From assembly GCA_963812415.1 (NCBI GenBank), contig CAWEVH010000026.1:68973-132972 (forward strand): a DNA stretch of 64,000 bases. Reading direction: 5' to 3'. Positions 27,534 to 36,768 of the stretch are shown here, in pieces; position 1 is the stretch's first letter, and every line of letters starts with the position of its first letter. Both the position numbers and the translations under genes were made by a program. The notes under the pieces are model-generated. The model searched no databases. It had not been told where the DNA came from and was given only the letters and a program-made list of their open reading frames with translations. This stretch comes from an uncultured Thermoleophilaceae bacterium. Its GTDB lineage: Bacteria > Actinomycetota > Thermoleophilia > Solirubrobacterales > Thermoleophilaceae.

Positions 27534-29193
27534 CTACGACCGGTCGACGATCTTGCCCGGGTTGAGGTTGGCGCCCGGGTCGATCCCCTCGAAGAGCGCC
27601 TTCACCATCTCGACCCCCGGCGCCGAGATGTCCTCCTCGAGCCAGCGCGAGTGCTCCGTACCGACCGCGTGGTGGTGCGACAGCGTGGCCCCCGAGTCGA
27701 TGAACGACTGCTGGATCGCCGACTTCACGAGGTCGTACTGCTCGATCGGCTCCCGGCGTCCCGATGGCGTGAGCGCGAACGTGAAGTAGAGGCAGGCGCC
27801 CGCGTGGTAGGAGTGCGAGAGGTGGCACATGATGTACGCGGGCACCGCGAGCTCGGCGAACGCCCCGCGCGCCGCGGCCATCACGTTGTCGTACAGCTCG
27901 GGAAGGACGCTCCAGGGGGCTGACGTCTCCGCCACGTCGGCCAGGACGCCGCGGTCGAGCAGGTAGTCGCGGATGTAGGGCGTGTCGAACTTCTTCTGGT
28001 CGTACAGCGCGCCGGGCCCAGTGCCGATGCACAGCCCCCTACGGCGCCCGACGATCCGACCGACCAGCTTGCGCTGCGCGGCGACGTGCGCCTTCGTGCC
28101 CTCGTAGCCGATGAACGCCAGGCACATCTGCTCGACGTCGTAGCCCTTGCGCTTCTCGAGGTAGGTGGACAGGGCCTTCGACTTCACCCGGTCGAGGATC
28201 GAGTTGCCCGTCCTGGTGGAGAACGAGAAGGCCGTCTCGTAGGCGTCCGAGACGCGCGTGACCGAGGGCGAGGCCTCGTCGGCCGCGATCTCCCGCATCG
28301 CGGCGAGCCCCTCCGTCCAGGACGGGAACAGGTACCCGAGGATCGTCCGCTCCTCGGGCAGCCGGTGCACATGCACCGTGGCCTCGGTGATGATCCCGAG
28401 CCGGCCCTCGCTGCCCAGCACCATCTCGCGCACGCTCGGGCCGGTGGAGGTGCTCGGCACGGGGCGGGTGATGAGCATCCCGGCGGGGGTGGCCACCCGC
28501 ATGGCGCGGGTCAGCTCGGCCACGTCGCCGTAGCGGTCCGACTGCATGCCCGACGAGCGCGTGGCGACCCAGCCGCCGAGCGTGGAGTGGGTGAAGCTGT
28601 CGGGGAAGTGCCCGAGCGTCCAGCCGCGGGCGTTCAGCTGCTCCTCGAGGTGCGGCCCGAGCACGCCCGCCTGGACGCGCGCCATACGCGACTCCTCGTC
28701 GATCGAGAGGACGCGGTCGAGCGCGCTCAGGTCCACGGAGATGACGCTGCGCGTCTCGCCCGGGGGAGCCTCGAGGCTGCCCGAGATGTTCGTGCCCCCG
28801 CCGAACGGGATCAGCACGGCGTCGGCGTCCATGCCGGCGCGCAGCACGGCGGCCACGGCCGCCTCGTCGCCGGGGCGCACCACCGCGTCGGGCACGCGAC
28901 CGACGTCGCCGCCGCGGTGGCGCACGAGATCGCGCAGGCTCTTGCCCCGCGCGTGCACGAGCCGGTCCAGGGGATCGGTCGACAGGCGCTCGGCGCCGGC
29001 CGCGCCCTCGAGCGCCTCCCGCAGCTCGTCAGGGAGGGACGGCTCGGGGATGGCGAGCTCCTCGAAGGAGCACGCGCCGGGCCGCCGGCCGATCGACGTC
29101 GATGGCGAGATGGCGCTCGAGGAACGGCCCGAGCGCCGGCTTGCCGTGGTGGGTGAATGCCACCCCCTCGTCTCCCCAGCCCCACCACTTCAT
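27534..29193 (-). pseudogene. FAD-linked oxidase, alkyl-dihydroxyacetonephosphate synthase-like; frame break near 29077..29086
   Basis: Track ORF 27534..28958 carries the FAD_binding_4-type IPFGGGTNISG and the C-terminal oxidase domain. Its frame stays open upstream (...GACSFEELAIPEPSLPDELREALEG...) but has no start. MKWWGWGDEGVAFTHHGKPALGPFLERHLAIDVDRPAA starts at ATG 29193 in the adjacent frame. Total length is 1660 nt, a multiple of 3 plus 1. Confidence 0.8.
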
Positions 29194-29215
29194 CCGTGGT
29201 AACCATACGCAGGGA

Positions 29216-30215
29216 ATGGCCAGCGACGCCGCGAGACTCCCCGACCTGCCCCATCCCGTGTCCCGGGCGCTCCGCGAGCGGGCGCAGAGCGGCTCGGCGC
29301 CCGGCGCGCGCGACGACCCTCACCGCATCGCCCTGGTGATCGAGGGCGGCGGCATGAGAGGGGTCGTATCCGCGGGGATGACGGCCGCGCTGGAGCGGCT
29401 CGGCCTCACCGCCTGCTTCGACCTGGTGGTGGGCGCCTCCGCCGGCGCCTTCAACGGCGCGGCGCTGATCGGCGGCGTCGCCGGCCACGGCGCAGCCACC
29501 TACTCGGGGGCGCTCGCGTCGCGTGCGTTCGTCAACCCCGCGCGGGTCCTGCGTGGACGGCCGGTGATCGACGTGACCTACGCGCTCAGCTACACCTCCG
29601 CCGACATCGACGCCGGCCGCCACGAGCGGGTGCTGAACAGCCCGATCGAGCTGCACTGCATCGCCGTCGACGTGGACACGGCGCGCCCCGTCGATCTCTC
29701 CGGCATGCGGACGAAGCGCGAGCTGTGGGACGCCCTGCTCGCCTCGAGCCGCACGCCCTGGGCCGGCGGTCCGCCGATCGAGATCGGCGGCCGGCGCTAC
29801 ATCGACGGCGGGCTCGGCGCGGCGATCCCGGTGAGGGAGGCGCTGGCGGCGGGAGCCAGCCACGTGCTCGTGCTGCAGACGAGGCCCCAGGGGGTGCCGC
29901 GCAAGGGAGTCTCGAAGCTGGCGGACCGCCTGATCGAGCGTCAGCTGCGGCGGCTCAACCCGGCGCTCCTGACCCTCTACCGGGACCGGCTCGACTGGTA
30001 CGAGCGCGTGGTCGCCGACATCGCGCGAGCGTTCGCGCGATCCCGGGAGCGACCACCCGCCGGTGCTCGGCCTGCGGCCGCCCGCCGGAACGCCCGTGGT
30101 AGGACAGCTGGAGCGACGCTCCGCGGTGTTGGCCACGGCCGCCCGGGACGCCGAGCGGCTGGTCGAGGGCGTGCTGCGGCCGGCGGCCGCGCCCCAGGCC
30201 CTCGGCGCCGGCTGA
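29216..30215 (+). pseudogene. Patatin-like phospholipase with a frame break near 30044..30053
   Basis: ATG 29216 lies in track ORF 29102..30949. Motifs: GGGMRG, GASAGA, DGG. After ...DIARAFARSRE the track frame turns Arg/Gly-rich and runs antisense through the next gene. The +1 frame gives HPPVLGLRPPAGTPVVGQLERRSAVLATAARDAERLVEGVL... and ends at TGA 30213..30215. Confidence 0.8.
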
Positions 30216-30217
30216 GC

Positions 30218-30694
30218 CTAGGCGCCGAGCGCCTCGCTCACCCGTCCGGTCTCGCCCTCCGGCGCCTCCACGAGCACCAGCACCCGGCCGGCATGCACCG
30301 CCTCGAGGTCGCGCTTGGCCGTCGCCTCGTCGAGGCCGGCCTCGGTCAGCAGGCGCTCGATCTCGTGATGGCTGGCGATGTGGGCGTGCTCGACGCCGCC
30401 CGGGTAGCTGATCACCTGATCGCGGTCGGCGTCGGCGAAGCTGCCGCCGCGCTGCTCGCCGCCGGCGAAGTGGCCCCGCTCGTGGCCCTCCGCGTGCTCA
30501 CCGGCGAAGTCGCCAACGGGCGCTCCCGGCTCTGTCCGACCGGCGAACTCGCCGACCGGCTCCTCGCGCGCGTCGGGTCGCGGCTCGCCCGTGAGCACGC
30601 GCACTTCCGCGCCCGCGATCCCTGCTTCGAGCACGGCGTTCACCGCCTCAGCGGCCTCGTCGTGCGAGGCGAACGATCCACACAGAGCGGCCAC
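30218..30694 (-). CDS. Hypothetical protein with G-[EDH]-F-A-G repeats
   Basis: Track ORF 30218..30742. GTG 30694 follows GAAGGAGGAAG. Internal repeats: VGEFAG, VGDFAG, RGHFAG, GSFAD. Confidence 0.6.
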   Translation of the reverse strand: MAALCGSFASHDEAAEAVNAVLEAGIAGAEVRVLTGEPRPDAREEPVGEFAGRTEPGAPVGDFAGEHAEGHERGHFAGGEQRGGSFADADRDQVISYPGGVEHAHIASHHEIERLLTEAGLDEATAKRDLEAVHAGRVLVLVEAPEGETGRVSEALGA

Positions 30695-30764
30695 GCCTTC
30701 CTCCTTCGTCGGGGGTACTCCGAGTCTACGACTCGGAAGCACGCCTGGCGTGACAGGCGGCGGG

Positions 30765-31124
30765 CTAACCGCCCAGCTCTCCCGTCGCCTCCTCGAACTG
30801 CCCCATCAGGCGGCCAAGGGCCTCGCCCGTGTAGGCGTTCAGCGTGCCGGTCCGCTCGGCGATCATCGACGCCCTCGTCTGGAGGCGCTCGAACTCCGGG
30901 CTGCGCGCGATCTCGTCGAGCGCCTCGCGCTCCCCGCGCAGCAGGATGAAGCCCGCCAGGTCACCGCCGTGCGGCGACAGGAACCACGCCTCGAAGCTCT
31001 CGATCCTGCCCGCCTCCTGGAGCTGCCCGTAGTACTGGACAGACTCGTTGAAGACATCGAGCGCCTTGCGCTCCCGACCGCTCACGATCTCCCCCCAGCC
31101 AAGGAACAGCGCCTCGTCGGCCAT
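30765..31124 (-). CDS. Hypothetical protein (119 aa)
   Basis: Track ORF 30765..31151. ATG 31124 follows AAGGAGG: MADEALFLGWGEIVSGRERKALDVF... Confidence 0.6.
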   Translation of the reverse strand: MADEALFLGWGEIVSGRERKALDVFNESVQYYGQLQEAGRIESFEAWFLSPHGGDLAGFILLRGEREALDEIARSPEFERLQTRASMIAERTGTLNAYTGEALGRLMGQFEEATGELGG

Positions 31125-31202
31125 AGAACCTCCTTGCTCGCGGTGAGCCACCGACCCTAATCCCCCCCGCGGGCACCCGCAAGGGGCGGCGATATGGGCG
31201 AC

Positions 31203-32461
31203 TCAGTCGCTCGTGGGGCTGCGCTCGACGCTGTCGCTGAAGCGGCCCTCCTCATGCTTCTCGGGGGAGTCCGGCAGCGCCTCCTCGCCCTCGCTGAAGC
31301 GCCCCTCCTCGCCCGGCTCGCCCTCGCGAACGCCGCGGGCGAAGTCCGGCTTGAGCTCCTCCTCCGGCGGGTCGGGCTTGTGGTCGACGCCCTTCTCGAA
31401 GCTGTCCTTCTGCTCGGGCTTTGCTGGATGCTCGTCGCGGTCCATGGCGCCCTGGTACCCGCGAACGGGGGTCGATACTCGGGCCTTCACGAGGCCCTCG
31501 CGCTCGGCCCATTCGATCGTGCGCCGAAGGGTGTCGGCGACCGGGGTATAGCGCAGCCCCAGCTCGCGCTCGGCGCGGCTTCCGTCGTAGCGGTGTCCGT
31601 GCAGCAGCGTGCGGACCATCTCGCGGCAGACGGGCGGTGTGCGGCCGCGGAGGCGGAAGCCCGCCTCCACCAGCGCCCCGCCCGCGGTGGCGAGCCGCGG
31701 CGGGAGAAAGCGCACCTCGCGGCGGACGCCGGACAGCTCGGCGACGATCTCGAGCGCCTCGCGGGATGACAGCGTCGCCCCGTTCAGCACGTAGCGCTCA
31801 CCGGGGACGCCGCGCTCGGCTCCGAGCAGGTGGCCCTCCACGCAGTCGGCGATGTCGACGATGCTGATCTGGGTGTCCACGAACGCGCGCAGCCGTCCGT
31901 TCAGGTAGGCGATCAGGATCCGCCCGGTGCCGCTCGCGCGCCCCGGTCCCTGCACCGAGGACGGGTTGATCGAGACGAGCTCGACACCCGCCCGGCGCGC
32001 CGCCTCGAACGCGGCGAGCTCGCCCTCGTGCTTGGAGCGCTCGTAGACCGACAGGTAGGTGCCCCGGTGCGGCGAATCCTCGTTCCCGATCGTGCCGGCG
32101 CCTCGCCGAGCGCCCCGGCCGAGGAGGTGAGCACGACCCTCGGGACGCCCGCTCGGGCGGCCGCGCGCACGGCCGCCTCCGCGCCGCGCACGTTCACGTG
32201 GAACAGCAGCGCCGGATCGCTCGGGCACATCGTGTTGACCCCGGCCACGTGGTAGACGAGCTCGCAGCCGTCCATGCCGGAGGCGAGCGCGTCCTCGTCG
32301 AGGGTGTCGCCGCGCACCACCCGGGCTCCCTTGGCGGTCAGGGCGCGCTCGGCCTCGTCGGAGCGGGCGAGTGCCACCAGCTCGTCGCCCCGCTCGATCA
32401 GGCGCCCGGCGAGCGCGCCCCCGATCAGGCCGCTCCCGCCGGTCAGGAAAACTCGCGTCAC
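31203..32461 (-). pseudogene. NAD-dependent epimerase/dehydratase (SDR) with an acidic C-terminal tail; frame break near 32096..32103
   Basis: The N-terminus VTRVFLTGGSGLIGGAL...VVLTSSAGALGEA is in track ORF 31913..32557. The continuation GTIGNEDSPHRGTYLSVYERSKHEGE (YxxxK)... is in ORF 31203..32498. GTG 32461 overlaps the pgsA stop (GTGA). Confidence 0.8.
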
Positions 32462-33033
32462 GCCTGCCGGTCCTCGCGTGCCACCACGGGGAGCACACGC
32501 ATCAGGTAGTCGGCCGCCGAGGCCACGGTGATCGCCGCGGCGGCGAGCATCGCCCACTCGTCCAGGTAGAGGCCGGCGATCTCCTCGCCGGGCCGCAGGA
32601 TCGCAAGGATGATGGCGAGGAACTGGATGCTCGTCTTGACCTTGCCGAGCATGGAGGGCTCCATCACCTCACCCTCCGATGCCACGACGCCCCGCAGCCC
32701 CATCACGACCAGCTCGCGGCCGACGATCACCGCGACGATCCAGGCGGAGGCGCGCCCCGCCTCCAGCAGCGCGATCAGCACGCCGGAGACGAGCAGCTTG
32801 TCGGCGGTGGTGTCGAGGAACGAGCCGAGCTTGCTGGTCACGCCCCAGCGGCGCGCGAGCCGCCCGTCGATCCAGTCGGTGGCGGCGGCGACGCCGAACA
32901 GGATCGCCGCCGCGAGCTCGGCGGAGTCGCCGTCCCCGTAGAGCACGAGCCACATCACCACGGGGGTGAGCAGGATGCGCGTGGCGGAGCCCGCCGCGAT
33001 CACGCGCGCGGAGCGGATCCTGCTCTCGGTCAC
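32458..33033 (-). CDS. pgsA: CDP-diacylglycerol-glycerol-3-phosphate 3-phosphatidyltransferase
   Basis: Track ORF 32458..33048. CDP-alcohol phosphatidyltransferase motif: DWIDGRLARRWGVTSKLGSFLDTTADK. GTG 33033 overlaps the upstream stop (GTGA). Confidence 0.85.
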   Translation of the reverse strand: MTESRIRSARVIAAGSATRILLTPVVMWLVLYGDGDSAELAAAILFGVAAATDWIDGRLARRWGVTSKLGSFLDTTADKLLVSGVLIALLEAGRASAWIVAVIVGRELVVMGLRGVVASEGEVMEPSMLGKVKTSIQFLAIILAILRPGEEIAGLYLDEWAMLAAAAITVASAADYLMRVLPVVAREDRQA

Positions 33034-35519
33034 GATGTGTGTTGCCACGACGCGCGCGCGGACTCTACCGGCGCCCGCCGCGGCGGCAGGGCGCGGCGGG
33101 CGGCGGCCGCGGCGGCCTCCATGTCGGTCTCGCGCAGCGCCGCCTTCACGGCCGGGATCCTGCTCGCCGCCATGCTCAGCTCGCGCACACCGAGTCCGGC
33201 CAGCAGCACCGCCGCCTCGGGCTGGCCGGCCAGCTCCCCGCAGACCCCGACCCAGCGGCCGTGCGCCTCGGCCGCCTCGACCACATTTGCGATCAGGGCC
33301 AGCACCGGGGCCAGCGAGTCGTCGAGCAGGCCGGCCAGCGCCGCGTTGCCTCGCTCGGCCGCCATCGTGTACTGGGCCAGGTCGTTGGTCCCGACGGAGA
33401 AGAAGTCCACCTCCGGGGCGAAGCGCTCCGCCTCGAGGGCGAGCGCGGGCACCTCGACCATCACGCCCACCTCGAGCTCGGCGTCGCTGCCCAGATCCGC
33501 GCGCGCCTCGGCCAGCAGCTCCAGGGCCCGAGCGAGCTCGTCGAGGGTGGCCACCATCGGGAACATCAGCTTGAGGGGGTGCTCCGCGGCCGCGCGCAGC
33601 ACCGCGCGCAGCTGCGTGCGGAACAGCTCCGGCTCGGCGAGCGACAGCCTGATTCCGCGGCGGCCGAGAAACGGGTTCTCCTCCGGCTCCTGGTCGACGA
33701 AGGGCAGCGGCTTGTCGGCCCCCGCGTCGAGCGTGCGCACGACCACGGGGCGTCCGTCGAGGGCGCGTGCGATCTCGGTCAGCACCGCGACCTGCTCGTC
33801 CTCGTCCGGCGGGGTCGCGCGGTCGAGGAAGAGGAACTCCGTGCGCAGCAGGCCGACCCCCTCGGCACCCTGCTCCACCGCCCGCTCGGCCTCGGCCGCG
33901 CTGCCGAGGTTCGCGAACACCTCCACCCGCCGGCCGTCGCCCATGGCCCCCGGCTCCGCGGCGCGTGCCTCGAGCGCGCGCCGCTCCTCGGCCGCGGCGT
34001 CCCGGCGCGCGCGCCGCTCCGCCACCACCTCCTCCCCGGGGTCGACCTCGACCACGCCCGCCTCGCCGTCGAGCACCAGCTCGGTGCCCTCCGCCACCGC
34101 CAGCAGGGCGTCACCCAGGCCGACCACGGCCGGGATCCCGAGCGCGCGGGCGAGTATCGCCGCGTGCGCGGTCGCTCCGCCGCGGGCGGTGGCGATCGCC
34201 CGCGCGTCGCCGGGGTCGAGGCCCGCGGCCTCGCCCGGGGTGACCTCGGCGGCAACCACGATGCCGGGCCCCTGCAGTGCGCCCGTCGGGGCCGAGCAGC
34301 CGAGCTGGACGAGGACGCGCCGGGCCACGTCCTCCACGTCGACCGCGCGCTCGCGCAGGTAGACGTCGTCGAGCGCCCGGAACGCCTCCGCCGCCTCGGC
34401 GCTCGCCGCCTGCCACGCGCGCGCGGCGCCGGCGCCCTCGTCGATCATCCTCAGCGCCGGATCCGTGATCGCGGCGTCGTCCAGGAGCAGGGCATGGGCG
34501 CTGAAGATCTCCGCGGCCTCGGCGCCGCCGCGCGCCTGCACCGCGCCGCGCAGCTCCTCGAGCTCGCGGCGCGCGGCGGCCCGCGCGTCGTCGAGGCGCG
34601 CGCGCTCCTCGGCCGGGCTGCCCCTCGGGGCGTCGTCGTCCACGACGGGCGCCTGGGCCTGCAGCCGCCGCGCCGGGCCGATCGCGATCCCCGGCGAGGC
34701 GGGAACGCCCTGGAGCCGCGCGCCCGCGGCGGGCGCGCCGGCCGGCGCGGCCGGCTCCGCCGTCTCCGGAGCCGGCTCCTCGCCGCCGCCGTCGTCGGCG
34801 TCGCCGAAGTTCTCCGCCGCGAGCGCCTCGAGCGCCGCGAGCGCCTCGGCGCTCTGAGGCCCGCGAGCGCGGACCACGATCTCGTCGCCCTGGCCGACGG
34901 CGAGCGTGGCCAGGCCGGTGAGGCTGCGGCCGTCGGCCGGGCCGCGCTCGCCGCTGGCGTTCGTGACCTCGACGCGTGCGTCCAGGCCGCCGACGGCGCT
35001 CACGAAGCGGGCGGCCGGCCGGGCGTGGAGGCCGAGCCGGTTCCGCACCCGCAGCCGCAGCTCCTGCGCCGGCCCGTCGTCGCCGCCGGACGGCTCCTCT
35101 TCGCTCGGGGCGCCCGCCTCCGTGTCGAGCTGCTCGGACTTCATCCGGAGCGCGCCGCGCGCCTCGCGCGCCACCTCGTCGAGCGAGCCGCCCGCTCCGG
35201 CCAGTGCCGCCGCGGCCACCGCGCCCTCGACGAGCGGCGCCTCTGAGAGCCGGATCTCCCCGCCTTCCTGAGCGAGCATCTCCGTCGCCATCTCGGCGCT
35301 CATCAGCGCGCTGCCGAGGTCCATCAGCACGAGCACGCCGTCGGGCGAGCGAACGCGCTCGACCGCCTCGAGCACGCGCTGGGCGTCCGTCCCCATCGCG
35401 CCGTCCTCCATCCCGCCCGCCGGCTCGATCGGCACCTTGCCGCCGCCCATCTCCCTGGCCAGCTCGCAGACGCCCTCGGCGAGCGCCGCGCTGTGAGAGA
35501 CGATGACGAGGCCTACCAC
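33030..35519 (-). CDS. dhaM: Multiphosphoryl transfer protein: DhaM (EIIA-Man-like), HPr and full-length Enzyme I
   Basis: Part of track ORF 33030..36692, starting at GTG 35519. VVGLVIVSHSAALAEG is the DhaM domain. RNRLGLHARPAARF is the HPr His site. GGATAHAAILARALGIPAV, LLRTEFLF, GTNDLAQY and CGELAG are the EI phospho-His and PEP-binding domains. Length is 2490 nt, exactly 830 codons. Confidence 0.85.
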   Translation of the reverse strand: MVGLVIVSHSAALAEGVCELAREMGGGKVPIEPAGGMEDGAMGTDAQRVLEAVERVRSPDGVLVLMDLGSALMSAEMATEMLAQEGGEIRLSEAPLVEGAVAAAALAGAGGSLDEVAREARGALRMKSEQLDTEAGAPSEEEPSGGDDGPAQELRLRVRNRLGLHARPAARFVSAVGGLDARVEVTNASGERGPADGRSLTGLATLAVGQGDEIVVRARGPQSAEALAALEALAAENFGDADDGGGEEPAPETAEPAAPAGAPAAGARLQGVPASPGIAIGPARRLQAQAPVVDDDAPRGSPAEERARLDDARAAARRELEELRGAVQARGGAEAAEIFSAHALLLDDAAITDPALRMIDEGAGAARAWQAASAEAAEAFRALDDVYLRERAVDVEDVARRVLVQLGCSAPTGALQGPGIVVAAEVTPGEAAGLDPGDARAIATARGGATAHAAILARALGIPAVVGLGDALLAVAEGTELVLDGEAGVVEVDPGEEVVAERRARRDAAAEERRALEARAAEPGAMGDGRRVEVFANLGSAAEAERAVEQGAEGVGLLRTEFLFLDRATPPDEDEQVAVLTEIARALDGRPVVVRTLDAGADKPLPFVDQEPEENPFLGRRGIRLSLAEPELFRTQLRAVLRAAAEHPLKLMFPMVATLDELARALELLAEARADLGSDAELEVGVMVEVPALALEAERFAPEVDFFSVGTNDLAQYTMAAERGNAALAGLLDDSLAPVLALIANVVEAAEAHGRWVGVCGELAGQPEAAVLLAGLGVRELSMAASRIPAVKAALRETDMEAAAAAARRALPPRRAPVESARASWQHTS

Positions 35520-36763
35520 GAAGCGCTCAGTCCCGACGCCCGGTGGAGCATCTCCACCGGATGCATCGAGCGCACCCCCGTTGCGGCCTCGATGTGCCAG
35601 CGGCAGGTCTCCGAGTCGCACACGGTCCGATCCGGGCCCGCGTCCGCGATCTCCGCGAACAGCCCGGCGCCCACCTTCATGGCGATGTCGTACTTCTCTC
35701 GCTTGAGGCCGTAGGTGCCGGCCACGCCGCAGCAGACGGCGCCGGTCTCGATCGTCTCGAGCTCGGGCACGAGGGCGAGCAGGTCGAGCGCCGGCTTGCC
35801 GATGCCGTGGCCCTGCTGCTGACAGGGAGCGTGGTAGGTCACCGTCTCGGGAACGGGCTGGAAGTCGGCCTTGAGCTCGCCGCGCTCGTGCAGCATCAGC
35901 AGGTACTCGCAGATGTCGAACGTCCGGGCGGACACGGCCTGCAGGTCGGGGTCGTCCGCCATCCCGAGGATCTCGAGCGCCTCTCGCTTCAGCATCAGGC
36001 TGCAGCTCGTGGAGGTGGCGACGATGTCCACCCCCTCGCGCGCGTAGGGGGCCAGCCGCGCGGCGAGCCGGTGCACGTAGCCGCGGGCGTCGTCGAACAG
36101 GCCGTTCGACTGGAGCGGCAGGCCGCAGCAGTCCTGGCGCGGCACCTCGACGCTCAGCCCGTTGTGCTCGAGCAGCTCGACGGTCATCTCGCCGAGCCGG
36201 GGCTCGTAGTAGTTGGTCCCGCAGCCGTGGAAGTAGGCGACCCGCCGCGCGCCGGCCGGCGCGGACCGGCGTCGCGCCCAGCGCTGGAAGGTGCGGCCGG
36301 CGAAGCGCGGCACGGGCGCCCGCTGATCGATGCCGATGGCCTTCTCGACGACCAGTCGGAACAGCCTGTTGCGAAGGCTCCAGTTGGCGATCGGCGCCAC
36401 CGGCGTCCCCAGCCTCCCGGTCAAGGTCGGGCGAGCGAGCAGCCGATCGCGCAGCTTGACCCCCTCGGTGGCCTTGAGCTGGGCGCGAGCCTGCGTGTTG
36501 ATCTCGGCGATGTGGACGCCCTGGGGACAGACCTGCGTGCAGACGCCGCAGCCCGAGCAGTAGTCGAGCGAGGCGTCCGGCGAGGGCTCGTCGTCGATGC
36601 GGAAGCGCTCCGCCTGGGGACCCACGTACTTGGGTCCGGGAAACAGCGGCGTGACGTTCGAGACCGGGCAGTAGGTCTCGCAGATCGTGCACTTGACGCA
36701 GTGGTCGAGCGACCCTCGCATGAGGTCGCCGAGCACGTCGTGGTCTGCGGTGGGGGACGCCAT
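35513..36763 (-). CDS. glpC: Anaerobic glycerol-3-phosphate dehydrogenase subunit C
   Basis: ATG 36763 (MASPTADHD). Two ferredoxin-type Cys clusters: CVKCTICETYCP, CSGCGVCTQVCP. CCG-type Cys motifs: CCGLPLQ, CCGVAGTYG. Confidence 0.9.
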   Translation of the reverse strand: MASPTADHDVLGDLMRGSLDHCVKCTICETYCPVSNVTPLFPGPKYVGPQAERFRIDDEPSPDASLDYCSGCGVCTQVCPQGVHIAEINTQARAQLKATEGVKLRDRLLARPTLTGRLGTPVAPIANWSLRNRLFRLVVEKAIGIDQRAPVPRFAGRTFQRWARRRSAPAGARRVAYFHGCGTNYYEPRLGEMTVELLEHNGLSVEVPRQDCCGLPLQSNGLFDDARGYVHRLAARLAPYAREGVDIVATSTSCSLMLKREALEILGMADDPDLQAVSARTFDICEYLLMLHERGELKADFQPVPETVTYHAPCQQQGHGIGKPALDLLALVPELETIETGAVCCGVAGTYGLKREKYDIAMKVGAGLFAEIADAGPDRTVCDSETCRWHIEAATGVRSMHPVEMLHRASGLSASW

Positions 36764-36768
36764 CCCGC

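Noticed and set aside
29216-30215. Patatin-like phospholipase as the effector of a CBASS-type anti-phage system
   Set aside because: No cyclase/nucleotidyltransferase, E1/E2/JAB or other defence-associated gene is adjacent. The neighbours are metabolic and lipid genes.
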